Below, one piece after another: positions 50,420 to 63,824 of a DNA stretch of 64,000 bases. Position numbers and translations under genes: made by a program. Position 1 is the first letter of the stretch. The number at the start of each line of letters is the position of its first letter. Where the stretch lies: assembly GCF_006345805.1 (NCBI RefSeq), contig NC_043001.1, positions 61,938,001 through 62,002,000 on the forward strand. The letters are read 5' to 3'. This stretch comes from Octopus sinensis. Lineage: Eukaryota. The notes below the pieces were generated by a model, which saw nothing but the letters and a program-made list of their open reading frames with translations, searched no databases and had not been told where the DNA came from.

Positions 50420-51460
50420 ATTCAATAGTAAGTGGGTTTGTAAGATTTGGAGATTTTTATGAGATATTTTTCCCAAACACCTCCTAAAATAGAGGAATTG
50501 ATACTTTCCTTATTGCTTTTACTAGAACAACCAAATAGCAAAAGTGAAAGCTATTATTTTGGCTTGTATTCAATTCTGGAAGGCATTCTTGTATTGCTTG
50601 CCACATTCAATCATGGTATCCACAGAAAGCTGGGGTAAAAACACAGGAAAGGAGAAAGGTTTATGATAGAAACAGTAGAGTACATAAGAACTGTCAACTA
50701 GCACAGCATAAATTGCAGAAGAGTGTAGAAAGTGATACTAAGATTGATGTGATGTCTTACTAAGTAATCATAAGTAAAAATGAGAAATGGTGAAATATAC
50801 TTAAAAGAAAATTTGACATGATTGGGTATCATGTAACTACTGGCCCATTACAATCCCATTTTAGCTGGACATCTTTCAAGAATGTGAGGTTCATGATCTC
50901 TCAGGATCATCTCAAATTGAATTCCTCCATAACTAAACAGATTATGTTAGGAATTACATTTTAGATGAAATAAGTACTGCAAAATGTTATCCAGTTAATG
51001 TTAATGCAATGCATAATTCTAACCATGTGGAGGTGATAATGTTCACCATCTATTATTTAGCCAAAGATGAACATGAATTTGCTGTTCAATAATGTTCTTT
51101 AATTTTTGTTGATTTTTATAAGACAAATGCTGAAGTAGAAAACTTAATAATGGAGATTCACAAACATTTTGGGACAACTATTAAAGATTGTTGCTAACTT
51201 AATAATAATGATGCTGCCAACATGTCTTTCAAATACAATAGTACCCAATCAAATGTGCAGTTGTTCTCCATGTGCCAGTCATTCTCTAAACTTCCATGGA
51301 ATAGATTCTGTCATGTTGCAGAGTCAGTTACTGTTTTTGAGTAAGTGCAAACAGTTTACATTTTGTTTTTTTTTCCAAACCCCAGCATTAGCCTATTCTT
51401 CAACAGGAGCATATGAATGAATCCATCAACACTTTATCAGATACTTGCTGAACTGACAGA
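50420..51460 (+). mobile_element. hAT transposase remnant (ZMYM/Tip100-like), heavily decayed
   Basis: Fragments GILVLLATFNH, DAANMSFKYN, PCASHSLNF and VQTVY..F resemble the YDNAANMSG...PCxAHSLNL hAT core. Confidence 0.55.
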
Positions 51461-52239
51461 CTGGCAAGCATGAAATTATCTGCTAGTATCATGTTGGAAT
51501 ATGATGTAGAGGTTTGATTAAATGGATGTCGAATAATTGGTTAGGCTGATTTTGGCTGCCAAGTCCACTTGAAGATTTCAAGGAAACCATTTATTTATAG
51601 ATAACCATTACAATGATTATAATAGTTATTTGCCAGGGGCTGTATAGCTTTGATCATCAATAGTAAATTATGTATATATGTTGGCCAAGAATCAGACAGC
51701 TACATCTTCATGTGTGGCAGAAGGTGAGAATTGAGAATGCCCTGTGTCAGTGCTTGGAGAAGTGAGAATATTGTACTCAATGTAGATAAAGTAATGCTTT
51801 TTAACCTAAGGTCGAACAGCTAACTAAGAATCCTGTTTGCCTGTCTGCTCCAGGACATCTCAATCTTTTGTCTTGTCCCTCCGCCCACAACAGCTTGGCA
51901 TTAACTTTAATCTGTAGCATGGCTATAAATTTTGATAGGAAACCTTGGAAAATGTCATCAATTGTATGATTGCAGCTGAAATACTAATGATCAAACTCCA
52001 GGACATTTCACCTGATATTCTGTGGTCTATTTTTCATGACTAAGCTGATGCAGATTTAAATATAATCTCTGCTATAATGACTTGCATTAAAACACTTCTG
52101 TCTCTGAAACTCACACTAAAAGTCTTTAACAAAGTTAGTGACTTAATTATATACATGTCATCCTTCAGCAAAAATTAGATCATCCAGAAATGAGATGCAA
52201 CAGTGAGTGTAACTGCTGTTTTAGGTGGGATGGAAAGTA

Positions 52240-53382
52240 TGAGGGAGTACCTAACAGAAAGCATAATTATGCGATATTATTTTATTCACTTACTTTTACA
52301 TGTTTACACTTTTATTACCTTCAAAGTATTCTCTATTTGAAGCAATGCATCAGTCCAGATGCATTTACCACTGTTTAAATTCATCCTGGAGCTCTTGCAA
52401 AATGATGCCTTCTAAAGCTTCCGTCGTTTTTTCTTCACCTCTTCCACATCTGCAAAACGTTTTCGTTTTAGGACTTTTTTCATTCAGAGGAATGAAAAAC
52501 AAGTTGCAGGGAGCGAAATTTGGTGAATAGGGAGGGTGGTAAGTGAGGCTGTGCCATTTTGGGTAAAAAACTGTCTCACACTCAAGGTAGTGTGTGCAGG
52601 CACACTGTCATGATGAAACCACCACTCTCCTCTTTGCAACAGACCGGGGTGTTTTCATCTCACTGCATCTCGCAAATGCTTCAACCAGGAGGAATGAAAT
52701 CTGTATGGACAATTCCATTTGCATCAATGAAATAAATCAGCATCGTCTTCACACTGGACTTCACTCGACGCACTTTTGGAGGTCATGGTGACATTGAATG
52801 CTTCCATTGACTTGATTGCTGTTTCCTTTCCAGGTCATAGCTGTAGCACCAGCTTTCATCAGCAGTGATGACCTTCAACAAAAGGTCTGGATCAACTTCC
52901 AAATGTTCTTTCAGTTCACTACATGCATTCAGTCATGACTGCTTTTGATCTTCTTCCAAGATCAGTTCATGATGTTTTCATTCATTTGGGAGGGCGATGG
53001 TTAATGGAGGTTGGTCTTCAAACAAAAAGTGACCATTCCTAAAGTCTGAAAACCACTCATAAACTTGTGCTTTGCTCATGGCAGCATCCTTGTAAGCTGT
53101 TTGAAGCATGACAACTGTTTCAGCTACCATTTTCTCCAGCAGAAAACAGAATTTCACAGAAGCATGCTGTTCCTTCATTTCAGCCATCACAAAAATCAAC
53201 AAACAGGGGAGAAGCACTGCAAAGCAATGATGCACCATGTGGCAGTACAACTTTATTTGACAATGCTGGTCAGCAAACTGATGCATCAGAGTCACATCAA
53301 GTGACTTCTAGCAGTGGAAGTTTGAACTGCAACTGGCTTGCCCTACAGAGAATGCTTCCGGTTACTTTTGGGTACCCCCTCA
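52240..53382 (-). mobile_element. Decayed mariner, third lineage
   Basis: TIRs TA|TGAGGGAGTACCTAA and TTTTGGGTACCCCCTCA|TA. MKEQHASVKFCFLLEK...AMSKAQVYEWFSDF; WWFHHDS; NFAPCNLFFIPLNEK. Confidence 0.85.
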
Positions 53383-53544
53383 TATGTATATAAACATGCA
53401 TAAACACATATATATTAAAATTTATTCACACAAACTTCTGTCTATCTCTCCACCTAACTATCCATCTTTATAATTTCACACAGGTTACCTGGACCAAAAG
53501 GTTTTCTCTTCATAACTAGACATCATGAGAGAGTTGATTAATAT

Positions 53545-54330
53545 ATACCATTCTGGGTCATCCCATATGAGAATTCCCTTGGCTCAGAATCCAAAAAAGG
53601 AGCTCACTTGCCAATTCAGCTTTGCTTCAATACCAGTGGCCAGCATATCTTACCTTCCATTCTCAAATGATTGATGATATGTTGGAGACATTTTCATAAA
53701 GCTCTTCTTTTGCTGGATGTGGTTTCCATTAATTTGTGAGAATAGCATACAACATATGTGTATAGATCCCATTAAGCTTGCTTTCTATCTTTTTGTCAGA
53801 GTCCTTACTGATGAACTGTAAAGAACATATTCTACTATGGCTCCAAAAAATTCCTTTTTCAAGTAGTCAGGCAGTGTATACTTCCAAATCATTCTTAATT
53901 TGTTCAGTGCACTTCATTTGATCTGGTCACTCAGGTTAAAGCAATGCTTTACCAGTGAATGAGGACGGGGGGGGGGGTCAAATTCAGAGTCACCCTTGAA
54001 CAATCTTGAAAGATCTATACAGAATATGGTCACAAGTTTTATTTGAAGTGAACCTGACTGCTGAGTAAAAGAAAATTGAATTTCCATCTCCCAGAGAAGA
54101 ACATCTAAGAAAATCTTTGCAATAGCTCTGTTGAACCTGAATCTAATTCAAGTGAAACACCTTAATTGCTATTGATTCGGTGATTACTAGAACACCAATG
54201 TTGTTTGATGTTTCAAGCACAGTGTATTGTTCTATGTTCTGTAGCATGACAGAAACATCTTGAAAGCATGAGAGAAGAGAATCTCTATCTTGTATATTTA
54301 AAATTATTGGACAAATACCCAGATGATCTC
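53545..54330 (-). mobile_element. RTE-type LINE RT / C-terminal remnant
   Basis: KKIESKLNGIYTHMLYAILTN*WKPHPAKEELYENVSNISSII*EWKVRYAGHW resembles the LDGTYTRMLRA...WKQHPTKEELY...RFAGH tail. Confidence 0.6.
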
Positions 54331-54389
54331 CCAGAATTCATCCAAGAGGAAGTAAGGGATCTTATATTATCACTATTATCATTAAACAT

Positions 54390-54580
54390 CCATTTTCCAT
54401 CCTGTCATGGATTGGATAGTTCCACAAGAACTGGAAAGTCAGAAAACTGTACAAATCCCTGCTCCTGCTTTGGCATGATTTCTACAACTAGATGCTCTTC
54501 CTAATGCCAACCACTTTACAGAGCATACTGGCACTCACAGCTTTTTACATGGCACCAGCAGCAGTGAGGTCACCAAGTAA
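54390..54580 (-). mobile_element. Decayed SINE 3' fragment (same family as 56385-56765)
   Basis: Contains GATGCTCTTCCTAATGCCAACCAC, matching the reverse complement of the family core. Confidence 0.55.
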
Positions 54581-55029
54581 CTTATAAGAAAAGACTCCCT
54601 CAAATGAAGGAGGAGAGGTAGTATTGAGTGACAGAAAAAGGAGTCTTGCATTAGAGAGGAAATACAACTGCCTCCGGTCAAGAGAGAGGGGAGAGGGGAG
54701 GGTGAGAGAAAGAAGATAGTGTTAACAGTGAGTAGGCTGGGGATTGGAGAGGGTGAGTGGTGAATTCACAAGATTGCTAAAGAAGAGTTGTAGTTGAAGT
54801 AATAAGAGGGAGAGAGTATTGGGAGGATGTGTTGTGGGGAAAAGATTCAACAGAGACATATTATGCTGGTAGGTACATGAAGAAGAGTGGGAGGAATGCA
54901 GCAACTGATGGGGGAAGGAAGTGTTGGGAAGATGAGTTGCAAAGAAGGTTTGTGTATGAAGGTGGAAGCATGAACATAAAGGACATGCCTTTATGGCCTC
55001 AATTTTATTTAGCTGTGTGGATCTTCTCC

Positions 55030-55325
55030 AGCACAGTAAATCACCAATTGTTCAAGTCCTTTGTTATCTCCTCTGAGTTTTAACATCTGAAGATCATTCC
55101 TCACCACTTTTTCCTACGACTTCCTTGAGCTTCCTCTTCAAGTAGTACCCTCTCCATTCATATATTGGCACTTCTTATGCAGCTGCCCTCATCTATCGGC
55201 ATACATCACCATACCAGCACAGTCTTCTTTCTTGGTGTCTCTTACACCCAGTTCTTCTCTTAAACACATTTTATCATACCTGCACACTGACATTACACAG
55301 AATAATAGACAGGCCATCATAAGAA
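55030..55325 (-). mobile_element. RTE LINE 3' fragment
   Basis: Frameshifted LREELGVR...ERRLCWYGDVCR...KEVV, resembling the RRLRWYGHV...WxEVV tail. Confidence 0.6.
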
Positions 55326-56384
55326 CAAAATGTATGTATGTGTAGGCATAGATGTATGAGCGTGTGTTAAGTACATTTAAGGATGGCACTAAGAAGACAG
55401 TGAAAGAGTCTATAACCATCGAAGTGAGAAGTTCATAAACACAAAAAAGATAATACCAGTTTGTAGTCAGTCATACACGATAGTTGAAATACTGTATCAA
55501 GAAGTCACAGCCATGATGCTGAGTCGGTTACAGGTACATGTCATACGTGAAGTTGTGGCTATGATGCTACTGCCTGAGTCACTTAATACAGGAGTTCATG
55601 CAGGTTGTATATTCACTGTTGATTCGTAGTGAAATAATTCACAAACAGTCAACTGTTGGAACCTGGGTGAATTGCTTGTTGAGCTGTGTATATAGAGAGA
55701 TGATGTTGACGACATTTGATGGTGGCGACGAAGGAGGTTGCTGTAATGCTGTTGTACGAAGTTGTTAAGTCTCAACGTAGCTGCTGTGGTAGTAGTGGTG
55801 TCATTTGGTGTTGTCACTGGAAATAACCTGTGTCTTTGTGGTCAGTAGGACCAAAGACCTCAGAATGAGGAAAAGTTGAGTTTTTATAAGGAGCTATAGG
55901 TTCAAACAAGGTAGTGAACAGGCTGTCCCACGTAATCTTTTTTAGAGCCTCCGATTGGTTATACACGGCTAGCTGGTGTAATCAAGTGAGAGACAGATTG
56001 CGCCAATACCAACCAGAGTAGTGGACACAACAGGATCCAAATAGTGGCCAAAGGCTAGTTGTTCCCTGCTACGTTCAAATGCACGTATATACAATAAATG
56101 GAAGAGAGGAATTTCACCTGAGTCTACGCTTCCCAGGAGTTTCTTTTTTGCAGAGTGTATCAATATTTTCATAATTTTTGATAACTTATATTGTTTTCCT
56201 ATACATATTCCCAAATGCTTCCTCATGTTGCCATTGAATGTTTTCCATTCATAATATACTGCAAACCATAAGTTTACCATAAACCAATATACTGCAAACC
56301 TTAAACTGCTACTCCAGTTTACTTCCCTGAAATAAGGAGTTTTCGACAGAAGAGGTATACATTTATATGTGCCCGTGCTAGTAG

Positions 56385-56765
56385 GGTGCCAAGAGCACCA
56401 TCTGAGCGTGATCGTTGCCAGAATGGCTAACTGGCTTCCGTGCCTGTGGCACGTAAAAGGCACCATTCGAGTGTAATCGTTACCAGCGTCGCCTTACTGG
56501 CACCTGTGCCGGTGGCATGTGTAAAAAGATTCAAGCGAGGTCGTTGCCAGTACCGCCTGACTGGTCCCCGTGCCAGTGGCACGTAAAAAGCACCCACTAC
56601 ACTCTCGGAGTGGTTGGCGTTAGGAAGGGCATCCAGCTATAAAAACTCTGCCAGATCAAGATTGGAGCCTGGTGCAGCCATCAGGTCCGCTAGCCCTCAG
56701 TTAAAATCGTCCAACCCATGCTAGCATGGAAAGCGGATGTTAAACGATGATGATGATGATGATGT
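56385..56765 (+). mobile_element. SINE-like element with ~55-bp internal subrepeats and an RTE-type (GAT)n tail
   Basis: Repeated GTGCC.GTGGCACGTAAAA.GCACC units; ends CCAACCCATGCTAGCATGGAAAGCGGATGTTAAACGATGATGATG. Relatives at 60296-60620 (-) and 61985-62170 (+). Confidence 0.75.
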
Positions 56766-58294
56766 TGTCAGTCAAGATTTTACATTTGCAACGAATTAGA
56801 GACCGTGACGTTTATTGAATAAGTACAAATAGCAATCTTATATAATTAACAGAAAAGAACAGAACTACATTATGTGTTCTTTTTTAAACACATTTGTGTG
56901 ATTGGAGGGCGATTTGGTTACTATTTCTAGCAGGTCTTTATTGTCTCGTGTAATATACTCGTTTATTGCTGTTTATTAACTTCGGCTAAACAACAGTAGG
57001 CAAAATTCGTTGGCTCGTTATTCTTGTAAAGCATTTACCATGCATCACCATAACATATGATTAGTTAATGAGAGGAAACGATCTTTAACGGTTGCAAGTT
57101 TTCAGCCAGATATTTTCATTGTCACATCATCAGTGATGATATGAGGTCGGTCGACTGGGACTGTGAAAAAGCAGATAAAGAAAGAATCGACGCCTAGCGT
57201 TTCTGTTAGGTTGGATGAATTGACTGCCACTGCCTGCCTGAACGTTGATAATTGCGAGCAGCCGGAAGAGAAGAAGTGTGAGTAAAAGTGGATGGAAGAA
57301 CAGTGTTTACAAGATATATGTAAATATTAAACACAAACACTGTACGCTTATTTCAAGACAATTCTTTTTTTTTTTTCTTTTGTCGTTATCATTAATCTCT
57401 TACCCTGTAGAATGAAAGAAAGGTAAATAGATGAGGCGAGGAATAAAAAAAGGAATTCATAAGATATACACGAGAGGGAGGAGCGAGTGAGAGAGAGAGG
57501 GAGAGAGAGAGGGTGAAAAGAGAATAGAGCTGAAATATATTATTAGAGTTTAGTGAAATTGTTAACACGCGCACATTCATATATATTTATATATTAAAAT
57601 ATGCATATACGCTGAATTATAAATGAGAAAAATACTTTAATTAATGAGCGAGAACGTAGTAAGTGGGAAAAAATAAACATCAAATCCAACTCTTACCCAT
57701 ACAGAAAAAATAATATATATGCATAAGACATTGTGCTAAAGAGTGAAAGGAAAATAATAGGAAAAAAAATCCGAGGGAAGGACGAACAGACAGAACCATT
57801 GGAAAGAAAATATAGAAATTACAATCTCCGCGGGAAAGCTGGCCGAGGCAAAAAGTAAAAGGTAATTATAAAATAATCATAATCGAAAGAGTGAAAATAC
57901 AATGGATAGTAATTGTGTGTTCGTTGCATTTAGATTTGGAGTTAAAACGACTTCAAATAAGAAAGGTTGATTTGTGTATTTAATTCCTCAGAACATTATC
58001 CGCTGTAACTAAATTACCTTCTTTGTTATTACCGTCATCTCCTTGCCATAGTAGTCGTTGTCATAATTACATTTAGTGCGAACTAGAATTTAATGATTTA
58101 TACGAAACGACTGTAACTTCCATTCCTTTTCAAGTCTGGTGAGAGGCTGAGCCTTTCGCCTTTAATCAGTCTTCTGCATCTACCACCATCGTGTCTCTTT
58201 CTTTTTAATGTTTCATAATACTTGTTTTATAAGGTAACATAATGATCGTGCTTCATTTCTTTATTATAAACGCGAATTTGTTTACTGTGCAAGC

Positions 58295-58435
58295 ATTGAT
58301 AGGGTTAAGAAGTTCTTTTCCTAAAGACGTTTTCGGGTTCGATCTCACCGCGTAGCACCTTGGGCAAGTGTCTTCTACTATGACTCCTGGCCGACCAAAG
58401 CCTTATGAGATATGGTTAACGGAATCCCGTAGAAT
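58295..58435 (+). mobile_element. tRNA-derived SINE head (same family as 18241)
   Basis: GGGTTCGATCTC...GCACCTTGGGCAAGTGTCTTCTACTATG...GACCAAAGCCTT. Confidence 0.7.
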
Positions 58436-58772
58436 ATACATGCATACACACATGCAAACATATAGACGTGTGTGCACTAACGTAGATACCTATGCCGCCC
58501 GGGAAAGCTCTCCGGTTTGCCGCCCTGATCCCACAAAACACATTGCCTACTACAGACCCCAAAGTGCCGTCTCTTTAAAATCACCACACCCACAAGCTAC
58601 GCTAGTGTATATATATATATATATATATATAATTATATGTATGTATATAACACACATGTATATAACGTATATATATATGTATATATATATACCGTATATA
58701 TATATAACATATATAGACATATAATAATATATATAAATGTATATATAAAACAAGTGTATATATCTATAACAC

Positions 58773-58820
<48 letters not shown>

Positions 58821-59000
58821 ATAAGATCGTTATTTAAAATACCGATCATATTAAGTGGCTAGCATGAAAATAAAAACCTCATAGGTAATTATATATATAT
58901 ATATATATATATATAATCATCATCATCATCTTATCATCGTTGTTTAATGTCCGCTTTCCATGCAGGCATATATATATATACACACACACACACATATTTA

Positions 59001-60282
59001 CAGGTGGCCCAGTCAGTAGACTATTTTAAAATATAACTTTTTTACAATTAATTTTTTCAATTATTTTGTTTCAGATTATTGACATGTAATTCTTAGAAAA
59101 TAATCATAGAGAAATTCACAACAGAGTGAGTAAAAATAATCAAATTTCATCTACAAACTCAACAATAAACTGAGCTAACTGAAAGAGCTTACATTCATCA
59201 TTTTGGGGTCGGACAACCACAATATAAAAAGCAGTACTCAATTTATTCAGTCAGTTTGAACAACAGGAAGCTGTAATTGATTGACCACACGAGAAACGCC
59301 ATGTTCATGGAAGTCTCAGGACAACATTCAGTGTGTACAGCAAAACATTGATGAAGGACTTTCAACATCAACTCAAAGACGATCCCATTTGCTGGGCACA
59401 TCTCAAAGCTTACTGCAGTGGATTCAAAGGATGCTGAATTTATTCCTGTATAAAGTGCAGTTAATGCAGGAACTGAAGCTAGCAGAAATTTGTGTATGGT
59501 AAATGTGTGCTGCCCAGATGCAAAAATTGGCAAAACAAGGAGGTGATTTCATTCACAACCTTCTTATGGGTGACAAGGCCCACTTTCATCTAAATGGCTT
59601 TGCCAATAAACAAAATATCTGATTTTGTGGGACACAAAACCCAAGAATATCCACCAATGTAAGCTGCATTCTGTAAAAGTAATAGTTTGATGCAGGGTCA
59701 GTGCAGAAAAAGTTCTTGGTCCTTACATCTTTGGATATGAAGCAGAAAGCACACTAGCTGTCACAGGAGAAATGTATCGGAGCATAATGGAACATTTTTG
59801 ATCCTGTTGTTGAGAACATAACAAAGGTATGGTAGAAGCAAGATTACCCATACAGACTCTCCAACGATGGAGCTCTTTAGACAAGTTTTTGGAAGGAGGA
59901 TAATTTTGAGAGATTCTGTATTCAATTGGCCTTCACGATCACCTGATTTAATAGCTCCAGATTTTTTCTTATGCGGTTATCTGAAAGACAGAGTATACCA
60001 TAACAAAGCTTGGATCATCCAGCAATTTAAGGCCAACATCTGTGAAGAAATTAAAGGAATAAGCTAAGAAAGATTATGAATGGTGATGGAACCTTTTAGA
60101 AAAGGCCTGCCATTGTCAAGAACAAAATAGGGACCATTTATAAGGATGTTATTTTCAAGACTTAAAAATGTTTTTCAAGAAGTGTATTTATTATTTATAA
60201 AAGAATGAATGTGAATATTTACTAAAATAAAAGGATTGTTATATTTTTAAATGGTCTGGTGACTTTTGGGCTACCCGGCTTG
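59001..60282 (+). mobile_element. Decayed Tc1/mariner transposon, rosa/DD41D-like
   Basis: Ends TA|CAGGTGGCCC and GACTTTTGGGCTACCCGGCTTG|TA. LMGDKAHFHLNGFANKQN and NWPSRSPDLIAPDFFLCGYLKDRVY. Subfamily is inferred from motifs. Confidence 0.8.
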
Positions 60283-60295
60283 TATATATATATAT

Positions 60296-60620
60296 ATCAT
60301 CATCATCATCATTTAACGTCCGTTTTCCATGCAAGCATGGGTTGGACGGTTCGACCAGGGTCTGGGAAGCCAGGAGGCTGCACCAGCCTCCAGTCTGATC
60401 TGGCAGTGTTTCTACAGCTGCATGCCCTTCCTAACGCCAACCACTCCTTGAGTGTAGTGGGTGCTTTTTACATGCCACCGGCACAGGGACCAGATGAGGC
60501 AGGCAAACAGCCACGATCGGTTGGTGCTTTTACGTATCACCAACACAGACGCCAGTCAGGCAACGCTAGCAACTGCCACGTTCGGATGGTGCTTTTAACG
60601 TGTCACCAGCACAGGTATCT
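60296..60620 (-). mobile_element. SINE-like element (same family as 56385-56765)
   Basis: (CAT)n-TTAACGTCCGTTTTCCATGCAAGCATGGGTTGG..., reverse complement of that family's tail and subrepeats. Confidence 0.75.
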
Positions 60621-60829
60621 TAACTACAATTTTCATTTTGATGCTGGTGTTAATATACATACATACATATATATATGTGTGTGCATTGTTGAACAGTCAA
60701 CAGCATTGGAGAGATTGAAGATTAAAGTTGTAGTTAAGAAACAGTTAGCTAGCATGGAGGACTGGAAAGCATCTGAATATTGGAAAAGAGTTATCTGTAT
60801 CATGATATGCATCGGGTTTCAAAATGCTG

Positions 60830-61447
60830 GCATCATCACTGCCATTCAATTCTTTGTGAACGCAGTAAAGACTGTAAGACATGACATAGACAGTTGTAAT
60901 GGAGACTACAAAATCTTGATCAGCAGGCATTCTGACTGCATCCACATTCCAGAATTTATCCCCACATTTTCAACCAGAGCCTTAGATCTAATTCAAACAG
61001 CTTTGTGAAATTGCTGGAGATTGGTAAATCTCTAGCCAAAGATGATTGCTGCTGGAAGGCCATATGGGTGGCAGCAGAATTTGGCTCCTTGCCATACTTC
61101 CAGAAAGAGCCAGAAGTCATCAGAATTTCTACAACTTCACCAGCCCCAATTTCTGGTTTTCTGATCCCCTGATTGTAATCTCATGGATTACTATGTGTGG
61201 GGTATGATTGAGAAAGACACCAACCATTCTGCTTGCCACCCCAAGGCCGAACTGGTCGCCAAGATCAAGGTGTTTCAAGATCTTCCCAGGGATACAATAA
61301 GGAATGCATACCCTAAGCTCTGGACCTGTCTTAAGATCATTGTAGAAGTTGAATGTGGTACTTTTAGCAAACTTTTATCTCCCAGTCATGATCTAGTTGA
61401 TATTTTTTGATTTAAAATACTTTGATTTTGGGATGGCAACACCCTGT
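60830..61447 (+). mobile_element. maT/DD37D-like transposon fragment with an internal deletion
   Basis: GRPYGWQQNLAPCHTSRKSQ...DCNLMDYYVWGMIEKDTN; probable right end GGGATGGCAACACCCTG. Confidence 0.7.
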
Positions 61448-61494
61448 GTGTATATATATATACATATATATATATATATCTTTTTCTCTCCCTC

Positions 61495-61557
<63 letters not shown>

Positions 61558-61984
61558 TATGTATTGTGTCCCTTTTTGTGTCTTGACATCTCACAATAGT
61601 TGTAGAGTGACACCATCATACAAACAATTAGCTTCATTTCCCAACTTCTGTAAAAACAGGTGCAATCATGGGGAAATATTACTTTGCTTGAAAAGAGGCA
61701 GGGTTGGCAATTGGAAAGGCATCCAACTGTAGAAAATCTGCATCAATGAATTTTCTCTGATCCCAGTATCATCAACATGTTTCCAACATCTTTGTGTTAA
61801 TACTGCAAAGTACCCAACTTCTTTTCGATTTTAACCTTCTTTATCACCCAAATGTTTCTCGTCTGTTTTGTAAAACCACAGCATTTTGTCATGTCTCACA
61901 TTATTTCGCCTTATAGTAAAAATAAAGCAATTTTGATCTAATGGAAAAAAACACCACATTCTTCTCAATGTAGTGACAAGTGAC

Positions 61985-62170
61985 TGAGACCATTGGCAAT
62001 ATACCATGCTTGAGAAGACCTGTCAAGCCAAGAGAGATTGTAGTTGTGGCTGATGCTGTTGTTTCGTAACTGGCAGACTGAAACCTAGTGCAGCTTACCA
62101 GTTTTCAGTCAAACCATCTAGCCCATGCTAGCATGGAAAACGGATGTTAATTGATGATGATGATGATAAT
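61985..62170 (+). mobile_element. SINE-like element, deleted derivative of the 56385 family
   Basis: Tail CCCATGCTAGCATGGAAAACGGATGTTAATTGATGATGATG. Confidence 0.65.
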
Positions 62171-62369
62171 GAAGAACTGTGAATTCTTAGTGCAGATCTC
62201 TGTGTTATGGTTTGTGATTCATTATTTTACAGAAAGAGTGGGGACGTATTGTTAACTTAGACTGTTTATTTTTAAGTTTTCCAAAATTAGGATTTTGACT
62301 ATTTCAATATAAGGGGTTATTATCTGGATTATTGCCTAAAATAAAAAGATCGTCAAGTTTTTTAATGAT

Positions 62370-62940
62370 AAATCTCTCTATGAATCACATGACCCTAGTA
62401 AAACTATTTGGCTTATTATTCCATAAGGCAAAAATGTTAAAAGTAACCTTCCCTACCTATTTCATCAAGCCATTGAAAGGAACTTTCCCAAAAATTCCAG
62501 GTACCACTCCATTTTCAACATCCACCATATCCAAATTGGTTTCTTCAACACCAGTAATCTCTTACAGATAATATCCTCGCATAACAACTATATTCTTAAC
62601 AGTAAAAGGGTTTCACTTAATAACTCTAATAACAATAATCTCTCCTTAAATAAATAATATCAATAGTAATAGTCCTTGTAATTGTGGTCCGAATAACACT
62701 TGCATTCTTAATAGAAATTGCAGAATTAAAAACATTGTTTATCAATGTAAAATTTCTGCAGGATCTAAAGAATTTTTTTTATATTGGGCTGTCATCCACG
62801 GAATTAAAAATATGACTTACTAACCACATTTTTACATTTAAATATATTCATAAACGTAATTCTGCAGGTCTTAGTAAACTAATTTGGCAACTTAGAGACT
62901 GTAATAAACAATTTTCTTTGGATTGGAAATTTTATCAAGA
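62370..62940 (+). mobile_element. Decayed PLE linker plus GIY-YIG, same clade as the 20-29 kb element
   Basis: KTIWLIIP...PCNCGPNNTCILNRNCRIKNIVYQCKISAGSKEFFYIGLS...NHIFTFK...GLSKLIWQLRD...LDWK. Confidence 0.8.
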
Positions 62941-62989
62941 TCATTTCCCTATGATAAAGGGAAATCCTTCTGCCTTTATATGGGTCCCA

Positions 62990-63205
62990 TGTAAATGCAA
63001 TGTTAAAGTCGAAGAAACTGGAAAGAGCGATGACAAAAGTTGAAAAAGAAGCTTGGTGTGCATTTCGTGATATACTTCGTGGATTCATAGGAAATCACAA
63101 GAATCCTAATTACAAACAGCTGGTAGCAAAGCTTATTGAAAACTTCAAGAAAATGGGTTGTCGTATGTCCTTAAAGGTTCATTTTTTTGCACTCTCACCT
63201 AGCTT
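62990..63205 (+). mobile_element. Chapaev3 (CMC)-like transposase fragment
   Basis: EKEAWCAFRDILRGFIGNHKNPNYKQLVAKLIENFKKMGCRMSLKVHF[L]HSHL; family assignment from remembered motifs. Confidence 0.7.
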
Positions 63206-63824
63206 GTAAAGGATTGTGGTTCATTTCTAATTTATTTGTCTTCTTATCAACTACTAAATCTAAGACTAGAGGACTGTGTCTGTTTGGAATGAAGGGATAG
63301 AGTGAGTTGACAGCTCATGGCTAGGTATGGTCATAAATATTGTCAAGATATTAAGAGTAGTAAATTGGGTATAGAGTAACTCTGAATACCTCTAACTGCC
63401 CTCACTACGCCCATACCTACTACCTCCTCTTTTTGGGTTACTTTTATCTCTTCCCTACCTCAAATTTAATAACCAGTCTCTTTTAATGTAGGTTATATAT
63501 ATTTCTTATTACACAATGTAACACATGTTTTGTTTATTTGTATTTCTTAATATTCATATATGTATTTTTTGCCACTAAATTCAAAAATCACATTCATTTT
63601 GACGTAACATCAATAGTTATTTATTTATTCCTAATTTCATATTTGCTCATTACATTTGTAACTTTTCTTTACAGCACTTTGTTGGTTCAATCTATTCTAG
63701 TATTGTAAGGATAATTACACAACACTTAGTACTTTTTCATATATTGAAAGGTATGTAGGAAGTATAATATTAGTTAGAACAAAAAGAAACAATAACTCTG
63801 CCCTGTAAATGCCTTGATAACTCT

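Noticed and set aside
57129-57245. C/D snoRNA (GTGATGA...CTGA) or an exon with a GTGAGT donor
   Set aside because: No terminal stem or recognisable guide, and upstream frames contain stops; the motifs are chance-level.
60259-61008. 249-aa ORF
   Set aside because: Read-through of a transposon end, an antisense SINE, a microsatellite and another transposon fragment.
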